Assembly (NCBI GenBank): GCA_965224245.1
Contig: OZ245046.1
Location: 5,344,001-5,408,000, forward strand
Length of the DNA stretch: 64,000 nucleotides
Reading direction: 5' to 3'
From: Candidatus Eiseniibacteriota bacterium
Lineage (GTDB): Bacteria > Eisenbacteria > RBG-16-71-46 > CAZAMP01
In this document: in pieces, positions 9,436 through 18,927 of the stretch
How positions within the stretch are numbered: the stretch's first letter is position 1
Layout of the letters: each line of letters starts with the position of its first letter
Notes under the pieces: model-generated
The model's database searches: none
What the model was told of the DNA's origin: nothing
Seen by the model: only the letters and a program-made list of their open reading frames with translations
Translations under genes and position numbers: made by a program

Positions 9436-10665
9436 ATGACCGACGATCGCCCCGACCGTAGCGACGAAGCGCCCCCCGCGCCATCCGACAGGTCCGGCGC
9501 CGCCCCGGGCGACGCCCCCGACGCCATCGACCTCGACGCGCTTCGGGCTGAGATCGACCGCCTCGACGAGAGCCTCCTCCGGACGCTCTCCGAGCGCCTC
9601 GGCATCTCCGAGCGCGTCGGTCGCTACAAGAGCCGCGAGACCTCCCGGGCCATCTTCGACCCCGAGCGCGAGCGCCAGCTCTTCACGGTCTGGGTCGAGC
9701 GCGCCCAGCAGATGGGCGTCTCCACGTACTTCGCCGGGCGCATCCTCCGCGAGGTGCTCGATTTCTCGCGCCGGTCCCAGGAGCCGATCCTGACCGAGGA
9801 CGAGAACGGCACCCGCACCGTCACCGTCGGCTACCAGGGCCTCCCGCACGCCTACAGCGAGATGGCCGCCCAGAAGCTCTTCGACGCCCGGAACGGCGGT
9901 CGGGCCGTCCGGAAGGGCTACCCCACGTTCGAGTCCGCGGTCCGGGCGCTCCGCGAGGAGCGTGTCGACTACGTCCTCCTCCCGGTCGAGAACTCCGCGG
10001 CCGGGCCGATCCCCGGCGTGGATCGTCTCCTGATGGCGCGCGACCTCTTCGTCGTCGACGAGGAGACCTGGGAGGTCGAGCACATCCTGGCCGCGCCCCC
10101 GGGCGCCACGATCGAGTCCTTGAAGGAGATCCGATCTCACCCGGCCGCGCTCTCGCAGTGCGAGGCGTTCCTCCAGGGGCTCCCCGGCGTGCGGGTCGAA
10201 CCGTGGTTCGATACCGCCGGCGCGGCCCGCGACGTCGCCCGCGCCGAGGACATCACCGTCGGCGCGATCTCCTCGCGCCAGGCTGCATTCGCGCACGGGC
10301 TCGACGTGCTGGCCAGTGACATCGGGGACGAGGCGCCCAACGTGACCCGCTTCCTCCTCGTCGGTCGCCAGATCGAGCTGCCCGACCCGCGCATCCCGGC
10401 GAAGACGTCGCTCCACGTGATCCTCGATCACAAGCAGGGCGCGCTGGCGCTCTTCCTGGGTGATCTGGCGCAGGGCGGCATCAACCTGACGCGGATCGAG
10501 AGCCGGCCGCAACCGAGGACGCCGGGGCGCTACCAGTTCTTCGTCGACGTGGAGGGCCGCGTGGACGTCGATCCGCTCGCCAGCGCGCTCGAGGCGGCCC
10601 GGGAGCACTGCCACGAGCTTCGCATCCTCGGCTCGTATCCGAGTCGACCGACGAACGCCGTGTAG
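9436..10665 (+). CDS. pheA: Bifunctional chorismate mutase/prephenate dehydratase (P-protein)
   Basis: AroQ domain (LRAEIDRLD..R..ERE), PDT motifs LPVENS, SHPAALSQC, NVTRF, ACT domain NLTRIESRP; AAGGAG RBS. Confidence 0.92.
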   Translation: MTDDRPDRSDEAPPAPSDRSGAAPGDAPDAIDLDALRAEIDRLDESLLRTLSERLGISERVGRYKSRETSRAIFDPERERQLFTVWVERAQQMGVSTYFAGRILREVLDFSRRSQEPILTEDENGTRTVTVGYQGLPHAYSEMAAQKLFDARNGGRAVRKGYPTFESAVRALREERVDYVLLPVENSAAGPIPGVDRLLMARDLFVVDEETWEVEHILAAPPGATIESLKEIRSHPAALSQCEAFLQGLPGVRVEPWFDTAGAARDVARAEDITVGAISSRQAAFAHGLDVLASDIGDEAPNVTRFLLVGRQIELPDPRIPAKTSLHVILDHKQGALALFLGDLAQGGINLTRIESRPQPRTPGRYQFFVDVEGRVDVDPLASALEAAREHCHELRILGSYPSRPTNAV

Positions 10666-10884
10666 GCGGACTACCGCCTCGAGCGCGAGACGAGTGCCGC
10701 GGTGAGCGTGACTCGGTGCGGACATGCGCGCCGGCGGTACGGGAAAGCCGAAGACGCGTCGGGGTTAGTCCCGATTTCGAGAGTGCGCGCGCACGTCGTC
10801 TAATCTGATCATCCGGTAATCACACGTGGCCCCGGTCGCGAGTACCCCCAACGCGCAGTCGAACACCGCGAGGCACGACCCGAG

Positions 10885-11418
10885 ATGAAACTTCCCAACA
10901 TCATCGTCGCCGGACTCGGAGACGTCGCCAGGCGCGACGCCGGCTTCGGTCCGAACGTGATCTGCGTGCTTCACTCGCTGTACGAGTTCGCCCCCAACGT
11001 GTCGGTCGTCGACGTCGGTGCGTCTCAGCTCGCCCTCGAGGCGTGCGTCCAGCAGGCCGACGTGCTCATCGCCGTCGACTCGATGGCCGCGCCCGGCCGG
11101 CTGGGGGAGATTCGAACGTACGCTCACGCCGAGTTCGACACGCCGGCCGCGCGCGCGGGGGGAAGCACCCCGGCGCCGCAGCTCGTCCGGGCGCTCGCCG
11201 AGGCCGATCGCGTGGGGCGGCTCCCGCACGAGATCGTGCTGATCGCGGCCGTCGTGGCCCGCACCGATGCGGGCACGGGGCTCAGCCAGGTGCTCCTGAA
11301 GTCCGTCCCGGTCGCCGTGGCCGAGGTCGCGCGGACGCTCGACCGGTTCGGCGTCCCCCTGGCGCGACGCGGCGAGACGCACTCGCATTCGCACTCGCAC
11401 GGCGCAACCGCCGCCTGA
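10885..11418 (+). CDS. Hydrogenase maturation protease-like protein (HybD/HyaD fold), degenerate, with HSHSHSH tail
   Basis: IIVAGLGD...DAGFG, VSVVDVG, ADVLIAVDS pattern of peptidase A31. Confidence 0.65.
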   Translation: MKLPNIIVAGLGDVARRDAGFGPNVICVLHSLYEFAPNVSVVDVGASQLALEACVQQADVLIAVDSMAAPGRLGEIRTYAHAEFDTPAARAGGSTPAPQLVRALAEADRVGRLPHEIVLIAAVVARTDAGTGLSQVLLKSVPVAVAEVARTLDRFGVPLARRGETHSHSHSHGATAA

Positions 11419-11576
11419 GCCGGCAAGACCCCGACCCCGCCCGTGAGTCGGCGTTTCCTGGACGTTTCGCCCCGGCCTCGTGGTGCCGTTTCGGTCCCGA
11501 GGCGATAGACGTTAGAATCCTCCTGCAAACCCACCGGCTTCTTGGTGGCCCAACCTCGACCGTACGGAGCGTTCCA

Positions 11577-12230
11577 TTGACGAGAACCCGGACGAACACC
11601 GTCGTCCGCGCCGGAGCGATCGCCGCCCGGGCGGCCGCGACGGCGGTCGTGCTCGCCGTCCTCGTGGCGGGGACATCGCAATCCCAGAACGTCGCCGACG
11701 CACCGTCGGCCACGGAAGGACACGACGTGATGAGCTTCCATGATCTCGACACGCGCACGCTCTCCGGCGAGGAGGTCTCGCTGGGCAGCTGGGCGGGCAA
11801 GGTCGCGCTGGTCGTCAACGTCGCCTCGAAGTGCGGCAACACGCCCCAGTACGCGAAGCTCCAGGCCCTCTACGAGGAGCTCCGGGAGGACGGCCTCGTC
11901 GTGCTCGGCTTCCCGTCGAACGACTTCAGGGGTCAGGAGCCCGGCACCGCCGAGGAGATCGCCGAGTTCTGTCGCGTCAACTACGGTGTGACGTTTCCTC
12001 TGTTCGAGAAGCGACACGTGGTGGGCGAGAAGAAGGACCCCGTGTACGCGTTCCTGACCCGCGAGCTTCCGGAGCCGACGTGGAACTTCACGAAGTACCT
12101 CGTCGGTCGCGACGGCCGGGTGCGCAACCGATTCGATCCGAAGACCCCGCCCGACGATCCCGCGCTCGTGGCCGAGATTCGCGAGGCGCTCGCCGCGCCC
12201 GTGATCGGGGCCGACGCGCACACCGACTGA
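11577..12230 (+). CDS. Glutathione peroxidase family protein (Cys type) with predicted signal peptide
   Basis: VVNVASKCG.TPQY, LGFPSNDF.GQEPG, WNFTKYLV; TTG start after GGAG gives a signal peptide; alternative ATG at 11730. Confidence 0.9.
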   Translation: MTRTRTNTVVRAGAIAARAAATAVVLAVLVAGTSQSQNVADAPSATEGHDVMSFHDLDTRTLSGEEVSLGSWAGKVALVVNVASKCGNTPQYAKLQALYEELREDGLVVLGFPSNDFRGQEPGTAEEIAEFCRVNYGVTFPLFEKRHVVGEKKDPVYAFLTRELPEPTWNFTKYLVGRDGRVRNRFDPKTPPDDPALVAEIREALAAPVIGADAHTD

Positions 12231-12265
12231 CACCCGTGCCCGACACCGATGGAGAGCCTCGTCCG

Positions 12266-15200
12266 ATGAGCACACGCCGCTGGCTCGTGGCCGCACTGGC
12301 ACCGGCCGTCTGCACCCTGTCCGCGTCCGCGGTGGATCTCGACGTGTTCGGACGCTGGGAGGCCTACGAGGCCCTCGACGTCAAGGCGCTCGACCAGGTC
12401 CACGACACGGCGCGCCCCGACTCTCCCGGAGATCTGATGGCGCTCTACTACGACGCCGAGCCGGACGGTCTCCGGCTGCGCATCGATCTCTTTCGATCGA
12501 GCCGCGTGCCGCTGCTGCCGATCGGGGCGCCGCTCCGCGTGACGGCGCGGCTCACGGTGGGGCGCGAGGCGACCACGCTCGAGGTCGATCTCGACGCGCC
12601 CGGAGCAGACGGGGCGTCCGGCGCGGACGGGTCGGAGCGCGTCCGTCTCCGTGACGGGAACGGACACGAGATCGTGGACGCGATCGGCGGATGGCGCCTC
12701 GATCGGGACCTCGGCGTGCTCGAGGTGTCGCTGGCGCTCCCGCCCGGCTTCGAGCGCGCGACCCTGGACGCGGCTCGCGCGAGCGGACGATTCCCCGCCG
12801 GCGCCGCGTACGCCGACGTGATGCGCTGGGCATGCGAGACCCACGCGACCCCGATCGAGATCCTCGTGACCACCGAGATCGACGGCGTCGTCATCGACAC
12901 GATCTCGGGCACCGAGGCCGCCCGGGGCGGGAGCCACAACATCGCCTTCGTCCACCACGGCAACCAGGGCATCACGTACTCCACGGTGCTCCGGGGCGAG
13001 CGCGGCGAGAGCCCGGGCCTGGAGTGCAGCGCCGCCAATCCCGACGACGGCTTCGACGAGCTCCTGGCCCTCCACGAGTGCACGGGCGTCCCCGGCGCCT
13101 TCCACCTCTCGGGCACGCTCCAGACGGCGGCCGAGTGGCACGACCCCACGTTCAACCAGTGGCTCGCCGACGGCGCCGCCGCCGGCTGGGCCGACATGAT
13201 CACGTCGGCCTACGGGCAGCACATCATGCCCTTCGCCCAGCACGCGATGAACGAGTGGGCGGTCAACGTCGAGGCCGACATGATCGACTGGCGTTACGAC
13301 TTCGTCCCGCGCGTGGCCTGGGTGCCCGAGCGCGTGTGGCTCGAGAGCCCCGACGCCGACGGCAACGGTATCGACGCCTCGTGCGGCGTCGTGGACCCCA
13401 CACTGGTCGACAACTGGCTCCAGCACGGCGTGGACGCGGTGATCCTCGACGACGCATGGCACATGGCCTACTACGACGGTCCGTTCGACGACCGGCAGGT
13501 CTACACGCTCTGGAACGGCCTCAGGGTGGTGCCGATCGACAACGACTTCGTGGGCGCGGTCAACCACGACTGGGGCGCCGCGTGGAACATGATCGTGGGC
13601 CTGTCGCCCGACGAGCTGATGGTCTACGGCAACGACTGGGAGTTCGCCGCCGAGGTGAGCCAGGGGGCCGACAACCCCGAGGCGCTCAACAACTACGTCA
13701 ACATCATCCTCCAGGCCCAGGCCAGCTCGGCCACCGTGCACGTGTGGCGGCTGACCGATGCGATCTACGAGCCCGCGTTCCAGTCCGGCACGGGCGGCAT
13801 CGTGGTGCAGAACGCCACGTATGGGCTTCTCGGCGCTCACGGCGGATACGGCGGGAGCTGCAACGGCTGGTACACCGACTGGGCCGGCTACGTGGGCCCG
13901 GACAACTCGGACGCCCACGATCCCAAGTGGGACTACGGCACGATCTGGAACAACGCGTGGACGAAGCTGTCGGGCGTGCCCTCCAACGACGTCTCCGAGG
14001 CCGGCTGGTACACGATGATGTCGATGCTGCACGAGACCGGCTGGCACGACGACGGCCAGATCTCGGGCTGGATCCACCACTACTCCAATCACATCAAGAA
14101 CGCGAACGTCTACGCCGAGGCGGCGCGCTGGGCGGGCGGTCTGTACGCCGAGAACGCGGGCGCGTTCCCGGCCGATCTCGACGAGGACGGGGTCGAGGAG
14201 CTCGTGATCTACAACGACCGCCTGTACGCCGTGTTCGAGAGCGTCGGGGGGCGCCTGGCCTGGATGTTCGCCAAGGGAATCGACCACGCCTATCCGGTCA
14301 TCGGCAACGATCCGGTGTACTGGGCCGACACGAACGGCGACTTCAACGAGACGAACCACGTGGCCACGCTCTCCGACGTGAGCGTGGGCGGTCGGGATCG
14401 TCAGTTCGATCTGTACGCGCTCGAGGTCATCGAGGGCATCGGCGACGACGTGTCGATCCGGCTCTCGCATCCCGACGTGTCGAAGACGATCTCGGCCAGC
14501 GTCGGCGATCCGTTCCTCCGCGTGCGCTACGACAACCGCGGCCAGGATACCTACGTGAAGTCCGGGTGGTCGCCGCACCTGACCTCGCTCATCTGGAGCG
14601 CCGACATGGAGCGCGTGTGGGGCGACGGCGGCACGTACTTCGGCTACCAGGACCCCAACACCAACGCCACGGGGGCGGTGGTGGCGGGCAGCGCCGGCGC
14701 CGCGCACAACGGGCAGTTCGAGCTGACGCTCCTCGGGGGCGACGAGCTCTACGCGGACGCGCCCTTCGAGGTGCTGCTGTACGGTGGCTACGCCTCGACG
14801 GCCGACGCATCCGATCACGTGGCCGAGCTGGAGGCGCTCGCGGCAGGACTCGTCGACGAGATCGGACCTCGGCCCCTGTCCGCGCTCTACTATCCCGGTC
14901 CGGACCGGCTCGTCGTGTTCACCGACCAGACGACCGCGATCGCCAGCGTCGACGTGACCGGCTTCGGCATCGACGCCGATGACGATGGTGTGGCCGAGGT
15001 CGGCATCGGCGGGGGATCCACGCTCCGGACGACGACCGACGGGCGCCGGTTCGAGATCGATCTCGAACCCGCGACCGCGTCGGCGCTGGAGGTGCTCACG
15101 GCGCCGGATCTCGAGCTCCTGGTGGCGGCCGGATCGATGGAGGACCTCGCGGGCAACGGCAACGACACGATCACGAACGCCGACGACGTGGCGCTCGTCC

Positions 15201-16219
15201 GACTTCCCGAGACGACGATCACGATCGACGGCTTCATCGATCCCGCCGAGTGGACGAGCGACACCCGCCGAGTGGACGATTACTGGGACTCGGGCTGGAC
15301 CACGTCGGCGCCGGCCGACACCAACGAGGTGCAGGCGCTCTTCTGCACCTGGGACGACACGTACCTGTATCTCGGCGTCCAGGGCAAGGTGTACGGCAAC
15401 AGCTGGATCCTGTACCTCGATACCGACCCCGGCGGCCCGAACGGCGAGGTGGACCTGACCGCCATCGACGCCTGGGAGCGGGGGGCGACGTTCTCGAGGC
15501 CCGGCTTCCGCGTGGACTGGCAGTACGGGTGCTACCAGCATCAGTCTCCGTTCGACACCGACGGCTTCTTCCGCGTGACGAGCCCGACGGCCGCCGTCGA
15601 CAACTCGTCCCTCGTGCAGAAGGCGTTCGACTCGATGCACGTGTACGGCGACGACGGCGGCAGCGAGCTGGCCATCCCCTGGGACGTCCTGTACGAGCTC
15701 GGACCGGGCGTCGTGCCCGCGAACGCGTCGATCGCGTTCGTGGCGTCGCTCTGCTGGGATCCCGAGCCTGCGGGCGAGCTGGGCGGCGACGTCGCGCCCG
15801 ACAACGTGTCCGCGGTGCTCCCCGAGGTGGACGGCGCGGTCGAGGTCGTCGTGGATGTGAACGGCGACGGGATCCCGGACGATCCCGGCCTCCTCGACGC
15901 CGGGGATGCGTCCGGTCCCGCGACCCGCCCCGGTGCGCGTCTGATCGATCGCGTGGCGCCCAATCCGCTCCGATCGGGTACGACGATCCAGTTCGCGTTC
16001 GACTCCCCCCGGGGCCGATCCGAGCGCGTGGCCGTGCGCGTGTTCGACGTGGCCGGCCGCCTCGTGGCCGATCTCTTCTCGGGGTCGCTCGAGCCGGGGC
16101 GTCACGAGATCCGCTGGGATCGCCGATCCGGTGACCGCGCGGTGCCCGCGGGCAGCTACCTCGTCCGGGTCGACGTCGGGGACCGCGTCGACGTAGGCAA
16201 GACGACCGTTCTCGACTGA
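12266..16219 (+). CDS. Large exported GH57-like glycoside hydrolase with DOMON/CBM9-like module and C-terminal FlgD-Ig/T9SS-CTD-like domain
   Basis: Signal peptide; FVHHGNQ, WVPERVW, YGNDWEF; DLDEDGVEELVIYND; ITIDG..WDDTYLYLGV; PNP..VFDVAGRLV..PAGSYLVRV. Confidence 0.75.
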   Translation: MSTRRWLVAALAPAVCTLSASAVDLDVFGRWEAYEALDVKALDQVHDTARPDSPGDLMALYYDAEPDGLRLRIDLFRSSRVPLLPIGAPLRVTARLTVGREATTLEVDLDAPGADGASGADGSERVRLRDGNGHEIVDAIGGWRLDRDLGVLEVSLALPPGFERATLDAARASGRFPAGAAYADVMRWACETHATPIEILVTTEIDGVVIDTISGTEAARGGSHNIAFVHHGNQGITYSTVLRGERGESPGLECSAANPDDGFDELLALHECTGVPGAFHLSGTLQTAAEWHDPTFNQWLADGAAAGWADMITSAYGQHIMPFAQHAMNEWAVNVEADMIDWRYDFVPRVAWVPERVWLESPDADGNGIDASCGVVDPTLVDNWLQHGVDAVILDDAWHMAYYDGPFDDRQVYTLWNGLRVVPIDNDFVGAVNHDWGAAWNMIVGLSPDELMVYGNDWEFAAEVSQGADNPEALNNYVNIILQAQASSATVHVWRLTDAIYEPAFQSGTGGIVVQNATYGLLGAHGGYGGSCNGWYTDWAGYVGPDNSDAHDPKWDYGTIWNNAWTKLSGVPSNDVSEAGWYTMMSMLHETGWHDDGQISGWIHHYSNHIKNANVYAEAARWAGGLYAENAGAFPADLDEDGVEELVIYNDRLYAVFESVGGRLAWMFAKGIDHAYPVIGNDPVYWADTNGDFNETNHVATLSDVSVGGRDRQFDLYALEVIEGIGDDVSIRLSHPDVSKTISASVGDPFLRVRYDNRGQDTYVKSGWSPHLTSLIWSADMERVWGDGGTYFGYQDPNTNATGAVVAGSAGAAHNGQFELTLLGGDELYADAPFEVLLYGGYASTADASDHVAELEALAAGLVDEIGPRPLSALYYPGPDRLVVFTDQTTAIASVDVTGFGIDADDDGVAEVGIGGGSTLRTTTDGRRFEIDLEPATASALEVLTAPDLELLVAAGSMEDLAGNGNDTITNADDVALVRLPETTITIDGFIDPAEWTSDTRRVDDYWDSGWTTSAPADTNEVQALFCTWDDTYLYLGVQGKVYGNSWILYLDTDPGGPNGEVDLTAIDAWERGATFSRPGFRVDWQYGCYQHQSPFDTDGFFRVTSPTAAVDNSSLVQKAFDSMHVYGDDGGSELAIPWDVLYELGPGVVPANASIAFVASLCWDPEPAGELGGDVAPDNVSAVLPEVDGAVEVVVDVNGDGIPDDPGLLDAGDASGPATRPGARLIDRVAPNPLRSGTTIQFAFDSPRGRSERVAVRVFDVAGRLVADLFSGSLEPGRHEIRWDRRSGDRAVPAGSYLVRVDVGDRVDVGKTTVLD

Positions 16220-16384
16220 GACGCCGTCCGTCACGCGGGCGGCGCCGCGGTCCACGCGGCGTCACGGCCGTTCCGGTCCCGCCGTCTCCGCGCCCGGTGT
16301 GCGATTCCGGCGCGCCGACCGGTCTCCCTTCCAGAGCCGCTTCCCGGGCGGCGAGTTCTCTTCGGAGAAGGAAGGGGGACGAGG

Positions 16385-17413
16385 ATGAGGTCGAGAGTCT
16401 CGATGCTCGTGTCGGTGGCCGTCGCCGCGTCGCTCGCGGCGGGCGACGCGCCGGCCGAGGTCGTCATCGAACCGGTCATGGGCGACGTCCAGCTCGACGT
16501 CGCCGAGGTGGAGTGCTCGGACTATCCATCGGGCTGCATGCTCTGCGTGAACGACGTCGACAACCCGGGTGACACCCGCCTGATCGTCGCGTGCGGGCAG
16601 CGGCTCCCCGGCGTCGCCACGTGGGCGAACGTTCAGGGCACCGTGCGCCCGTTCGTGGTGCTGGACGGCGTGGAGGTCACGCCGTCGCTGCTGCCGTTCG
16701 GCTCGCGCGTCCGGACCCGGCTGGGATGGCTCGATCGCGCGTATCCACCGAGCTGTCCCGGCGGCGTGCCCCCGGGGGTCACCTATGCGATCGGAGACGA
16801 TCCCACCCGCACCGTCACCGGTGACGGTGAGGCGACGGTCGAGGTCGACGCGGGGTTCGGGGACGTCATTCCGTTCACGTTCGACGTCTGCAGCCAGTTC
16901 GTGTGGTGGGGCGTGGGGTGCGACATCGCGGGCTCGCAGTCGTATCGATGGTCGTTCCTCGCGCCCGAGGTTCCGCGCGCGTTCGCGCTCGCGGCCGGCG
17001 ACGCCGAGCCGATCTCGCTGCCCGGGGACGGGATCCTGCTGGACGTCCTCGACTCACCGGGTGGAGCGGTCACGATCACGCGCGTCGACGCCGAGCCGCC
17101 GGCGGGGCCGGCGTTCGTCGGGGCGCCGGGGTACTGGGACGTCGAAACCGACATGCCCTCGGGGTCGTACTCGGCACGGGTCGAGCTGAGCTTCGACGTG
17201 GGGACGCTCCCCGCGGAGGCCGAGCCGTCGGAGCTGGTGATCGCGGTCTACGACCCGTCGCGGGATCGCTGGGAGTCGCTGGAGACGACGCTCGATCTGG
17301 ATCTCGGCCTGGCCGGTGCGACCACCGAGCGGCTGTCGATGTTCATCGTGACCATGCCGCCGGCGGTCCCGGTGGAGACGCTCTCGTGGGGATCGTTGAA
17401 GGCGACGTACTGA
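16385..17413 (+). CDS. Exported Cys-containing hypothetical protein with short C-terminal tail
   Basis: GAGG RBS; signal peptide; C-terminal beta domain (YDPSRDRWESLET..TERLSMF); ends PVETLSWGSLKATY. Confidence 0.8.
   Translation: MRSRVSMLVSVAVAASLAAGDAPAEVVIEPVMGDVQLDVAEVECSDYPSGCMLCVNDVDNPGDTRLIVACGQRLPGVATWANVQGTVRPFVVLDGVEVTPSLLPFGSRVRTRLGWLDRAYPPSCPGGVPPGVTYAIGDDPTRTVTGDGEATVEVDAGFGDVIPFTFDVCSQFVWWGVGCDIAGSQSYRWSFLAPEVPRAFALAAGDAEPISLPGDGILLDVLDSPGGAVTITRVDAEPPAGPAFVGAPGYWDVETDMPSGSYSARVELSFDVGTLPAEAEPSELVIAVYDPSRDRWESLETTLDLDLGLAGATTERLSMFIVTMPPAVPVETLSWGSLKATY
17369..17413 (+). other. Short C-terminal motif, copy 2 (PVETLSWGSLKATY*)
   Basis: Shared tail motif. Confidence 0.75.
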
Positions 17414-17449
17414 CGGTCTGCCGGAAGCGCGCGTCGGACGCGGACGCGA

Positions 17450-18754
17450 TCAGCCCTTGCGCGCCGTGACCTCGGCCAGCGACGCAGCGATGATCGTGCC
17501 GATCATCCCGAGCACGGCGAAGAAGAGGATCACGACGCGCGGGGAGATCGTCGCCGCGAGCGCGCCCAGCGTGCCGCTGGTCAGGAGCACGATGCCGATC
17601 AGGGTATTGGAGACCGCGACGTACGACGCCCGGCGGTCGCCGGACGCCATGTCCACGACATACGTCTTCCGCCCCACGCGAATACCCGTGTGTGCCAGCG
17701 AGAGCAGGAAGAAGAGCGCGGTGTAGACCCACCACACGTCGACGCTTCCGACCGCGAACGTGACGATGCCGACGATGGACGCCGCACCGCCGGCCACCGT
17801 CAGCGTGCGCCGGCTCGACCGGTCGGCCATGCGGCCCCAGACGAATCCGCTCAGCGCGGACGCGACGCTGCCCGCCACGAGGAACGCCGCGAACGTGCGC
17901 GTCGTGTCGTCGGCGGCGCTCCGGGCCAGGAGCACGTAGAACGGAACCGCCAGCACGGTGCTGGCCAGGAACCCGCGCGCGATCACGAACCGCCGGAACA
18001 CCGGATCCTCGGACAGGAGGCCGAGGCTGCCGAACGCGGCGCGGAGCGCGTTGGGCTCGTCGGTCGTCTCGCCGGGAAGCTCGCGCAGCCGACTCATCAC
18101 GAGCGCGGCCGCGAGCCAGAGCGTCCCGGCGACCGCGACCAGCGTCGCCAGCGCGCCGGTCGAGAACGTCTCGGTGCCGCCGCCCATCATCACGATGCCG
18201 AGCGCGGCCGTGAGGGCGCCGGCGATCGACGTCGCGAGCCCGGACAGACGTCCGCGGCGCGTGCGCGGGATCGTCTTGCCGAGAAGGTCCTTCGACGTCA
18301 CCGAGCAGACACCGCGGGCCAGACTGAACAGCGTCACCAGTCCGATCACGATCCAGCCGAAGCTCGCCCCGCGAAACGCCGTCGCAGCGATCGCGATCCC
18401 GATCACACACGCCCCCTGGCCGAGGGCGCCGCCGATCCAGAACGTCCTCCGGATCGGATGGCGGCGGACGATGCTCCCGATCGCGAGCTGCGGGACGAGC
18501 GCTCCGGCCTCGCGCAGTGGAACGATGAGCCCGATCAGTGACGGCGATGCGCCGAGGCCGGCCATCAGCCAGGAGAGCGACAGGCGCGGACTGGACAGCG
18601 TGTCGCCGAGCTTCGTCATCACCTGTGCGAGCGCCTGCGCGAGGAAGCTGGACGCGGCCACCTCGTGCGCGTCGGCCGGGATGTCCCCGTCATCCGGTGC
18701 GGGGGGCTCATCGTGGAAGAGCCGGTCGTACGTCCATCGCGCGAGCGTCGTCAC
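17450..18754 (-). CDS. MFS transporter
   Basis: About 12 hydrophobic segments; WGRMADRSSRR motif-A-like loop; GTG start inferred. Confidence 0.8.
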   Translation of the reverse strand: MTTLARWTYDRLFHDEPPAPDDGDIPADAHEVAASSFLAQALAQVMTKLGDTLSSPRLSLSWLMAGLGASPSLIGLIVPLREAGALVPQLAIGSIVRRHPIRRTFWIGGALGQGACVIGIAIAATAFRGASFGWIVIGLVTLFSLARGVCSVTSKDLLGKTIPRTRRGRLSGLATSIAGALTAALGIVMMGGGTETFSTGALATLVAVAGTLWLAAALVMSRLRELPGETTDEPNALRAAFGSLGLLSEDPVFRRFVIARGFLASTVLAVPFYVLLARSAADDTTRTFAAFLVAGSVASALSGFVWGRMADRSSRRTLTVAGGAASIVGIVTFAVGSVDVWWVYTALFFLLSLAHTGIRVGRKTYVVDMASGDRRASYVAVSNTLIGIVLLTSGTLGALAATISPRVVILFFAVLGMIGTIIAASLAEVTARKG

Positions 18755-18877
18755 ACGTGCGTCCCGTGGTGAGGCGTCATCCAGACTTTCGAGCCGGACC
18801 GAGCGGCCGCCGGCTCGACACCCGGCCCGGTCGAGCGCCCCAACGATACGGCCGGCGAACACCCGGCGGTAGGGCCA

Positions 18878-18927
18878 CGATCCGGGCGGATCCCTCCGGA
18901 TCCCTCCGGATTGCGCCGGATCCGGGC
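18878..18927. repeat. Five tandem 10-bp units (consensus GGATCCNKCC)
   Basis: CGATCCGGGC GGATCCCTCC GGATCCCTCC GGATTGCGCC GGATCCGGGC. Confidence 0.8.

Noticed and set aside
11820-11850. Selenocysteine in the glutathione peroxidase
   Set aside because: The active-site codon is TGC (Cys), not TGA.
11981-16255. 1424-aa antisense ORF and other long overlapping ORFs (e.g. 321-1718, 19398-21443, 42520-44349, 55570-57294)
   Set aside because: Shadow frames of real genes in high-GC DNA; no family motifs and Arg/Gly/Val-skewed composition.
18878-18927. Tandem repeat as a possible CRISPR array
   Set aside because: 10-bp units with no spacers and no cas genes.
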